A DNA stretch of 64,000 nt, taken from the NCBI RefSeq assembly GCF_004010195.1, contig NC_057750.1, positions 15,750,545 through 15,814,544 of the forward strand, given 5' to 3'. The translations under genes were made by a program, and so were the position numbers. Shown here in pieces: positions 63,274 to 64,000 of this stretch. Source of the stretch: Chiloscyllium plagiosum. Its lineage: Eukaryota. A model generated the notes under the pieces. The model saw nothing but the letters and a program-made list of their open reading frames with translations, ran no database searches and had not been told where the DNA came from. The stretch's first letter is position 1, and every line of letters begins with the position of its first letter.

Positions 63274-64000
63274 TATAAAATGAGAGGAGGTACTGGAGGT
63301 TTTGGCAGATTTTTAAAGTGGATTCATTACCAGGTTCGGGTGAGTTGTATCCCAGGCCATTGTGGGAGACGGGGAAGGAAATCACAGGAACTCTGTCCCA
63401 AATTTTTATATCATCACTGGCCACAGAGGAGGTGCCAAAGGACTGGAGGACAGCTAATGTGGTTCCAGTTTAAAAGAAGGGTTGTTCTGATAGATCAGGA
63501 AACCCTAGACCAGTGAGTCTAACCTCAGTGATAGGGAAACTACTAGAGAAAGTAATGAAGGAGAAAATTAATTTCCATTCAGCAAGGCAAGGTTCGATCA
63601 TAGTTAGTCAGCATGGCTTTGTCAGAAGGAGGTCATGTGTAACAAATCTGGTGGAATTTTTCAACGAGGTGGCCAAGTGTTTGGATGAGGGTCGGGCAAC
63701 TGATGTCATTTGTATGGATTCATGGGAAACTGCTAAAGAAGGTGAAAACTCAGGGGATTCAAGATAACTCGGTAGGATAGATCCAAAATTGGCTTAGTGA
63801 TAGGAGACAGAAGGTGGTGGTAGAAAGCTATTCGTATGATTGGAGCTCAGTGTGCAGTGGTGTACCACAGGGATCAGTGCTGTGTCCTTTACTGTTTGTG
63901 ATATTCAAAAATGATATAGATGAGAATGTGAGAGGGATGATAAGTAAGTTTACGGATGATGCAAACATTGGTTGGTGGTGGTCAATGATGAGGAAGATGT

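Larger units (their letters stand above)
60860..64000 (+). mobile_element. Long degenerate CR1 LINE: ORF1 esterase-like domain, ORF2 AP endonuclease and RT, running off the window end
   Basis: LTNRFSILE, VVMHIGTNDIG..KVITSALLP (ORF1); YYRP, IILGDFN..NINW (endonuclease); SLTSVIGKLLEK, QHGFVRRRSCVTNLVEFF, PQGSVL, SKFTDD (RT). Confidence 0.88.

Overview
Vertebrate genomic DNA, most likely from a cartilaginous fish (inferred from abundant HE1-type V-SINEs and their CR1 partner LINEs), with two assembly gaps (12491-12990, 29784-30390). The only host gene I can recognise is PLD3 (lysosomal 5'-3' exonuclease of the PLD/HKD family) on the minus strand. Seven coding exons have clean splice sites and consistent phase, one more has an unresolved donor, two expected exons probably lie in the first gap, and the last exon lies left of the window. 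A CpG-rich putative promoter and 5' UTR exon sit at about 29.3-29.5 kb. Most other listed ORFs are spurious or fall in decayed transposons: CR1 and Rex1 LINEs, three SINE families, a fragmented Gypsy LTR element, a possible solo LTR, and at least three Penelope-like element (PLE) families. The most interesting signal is the PLE system. Each family carries its own minimal hammerhead ribozyme motif. Most short copies begin right at the ribozyme core, and insertions from 120 bp to 1.85 kb repeatedly form inverted (hairpin) structures bounded by target-site duplications. Repeat boundaries are approximate and family names come from motif recognition, not database searches.
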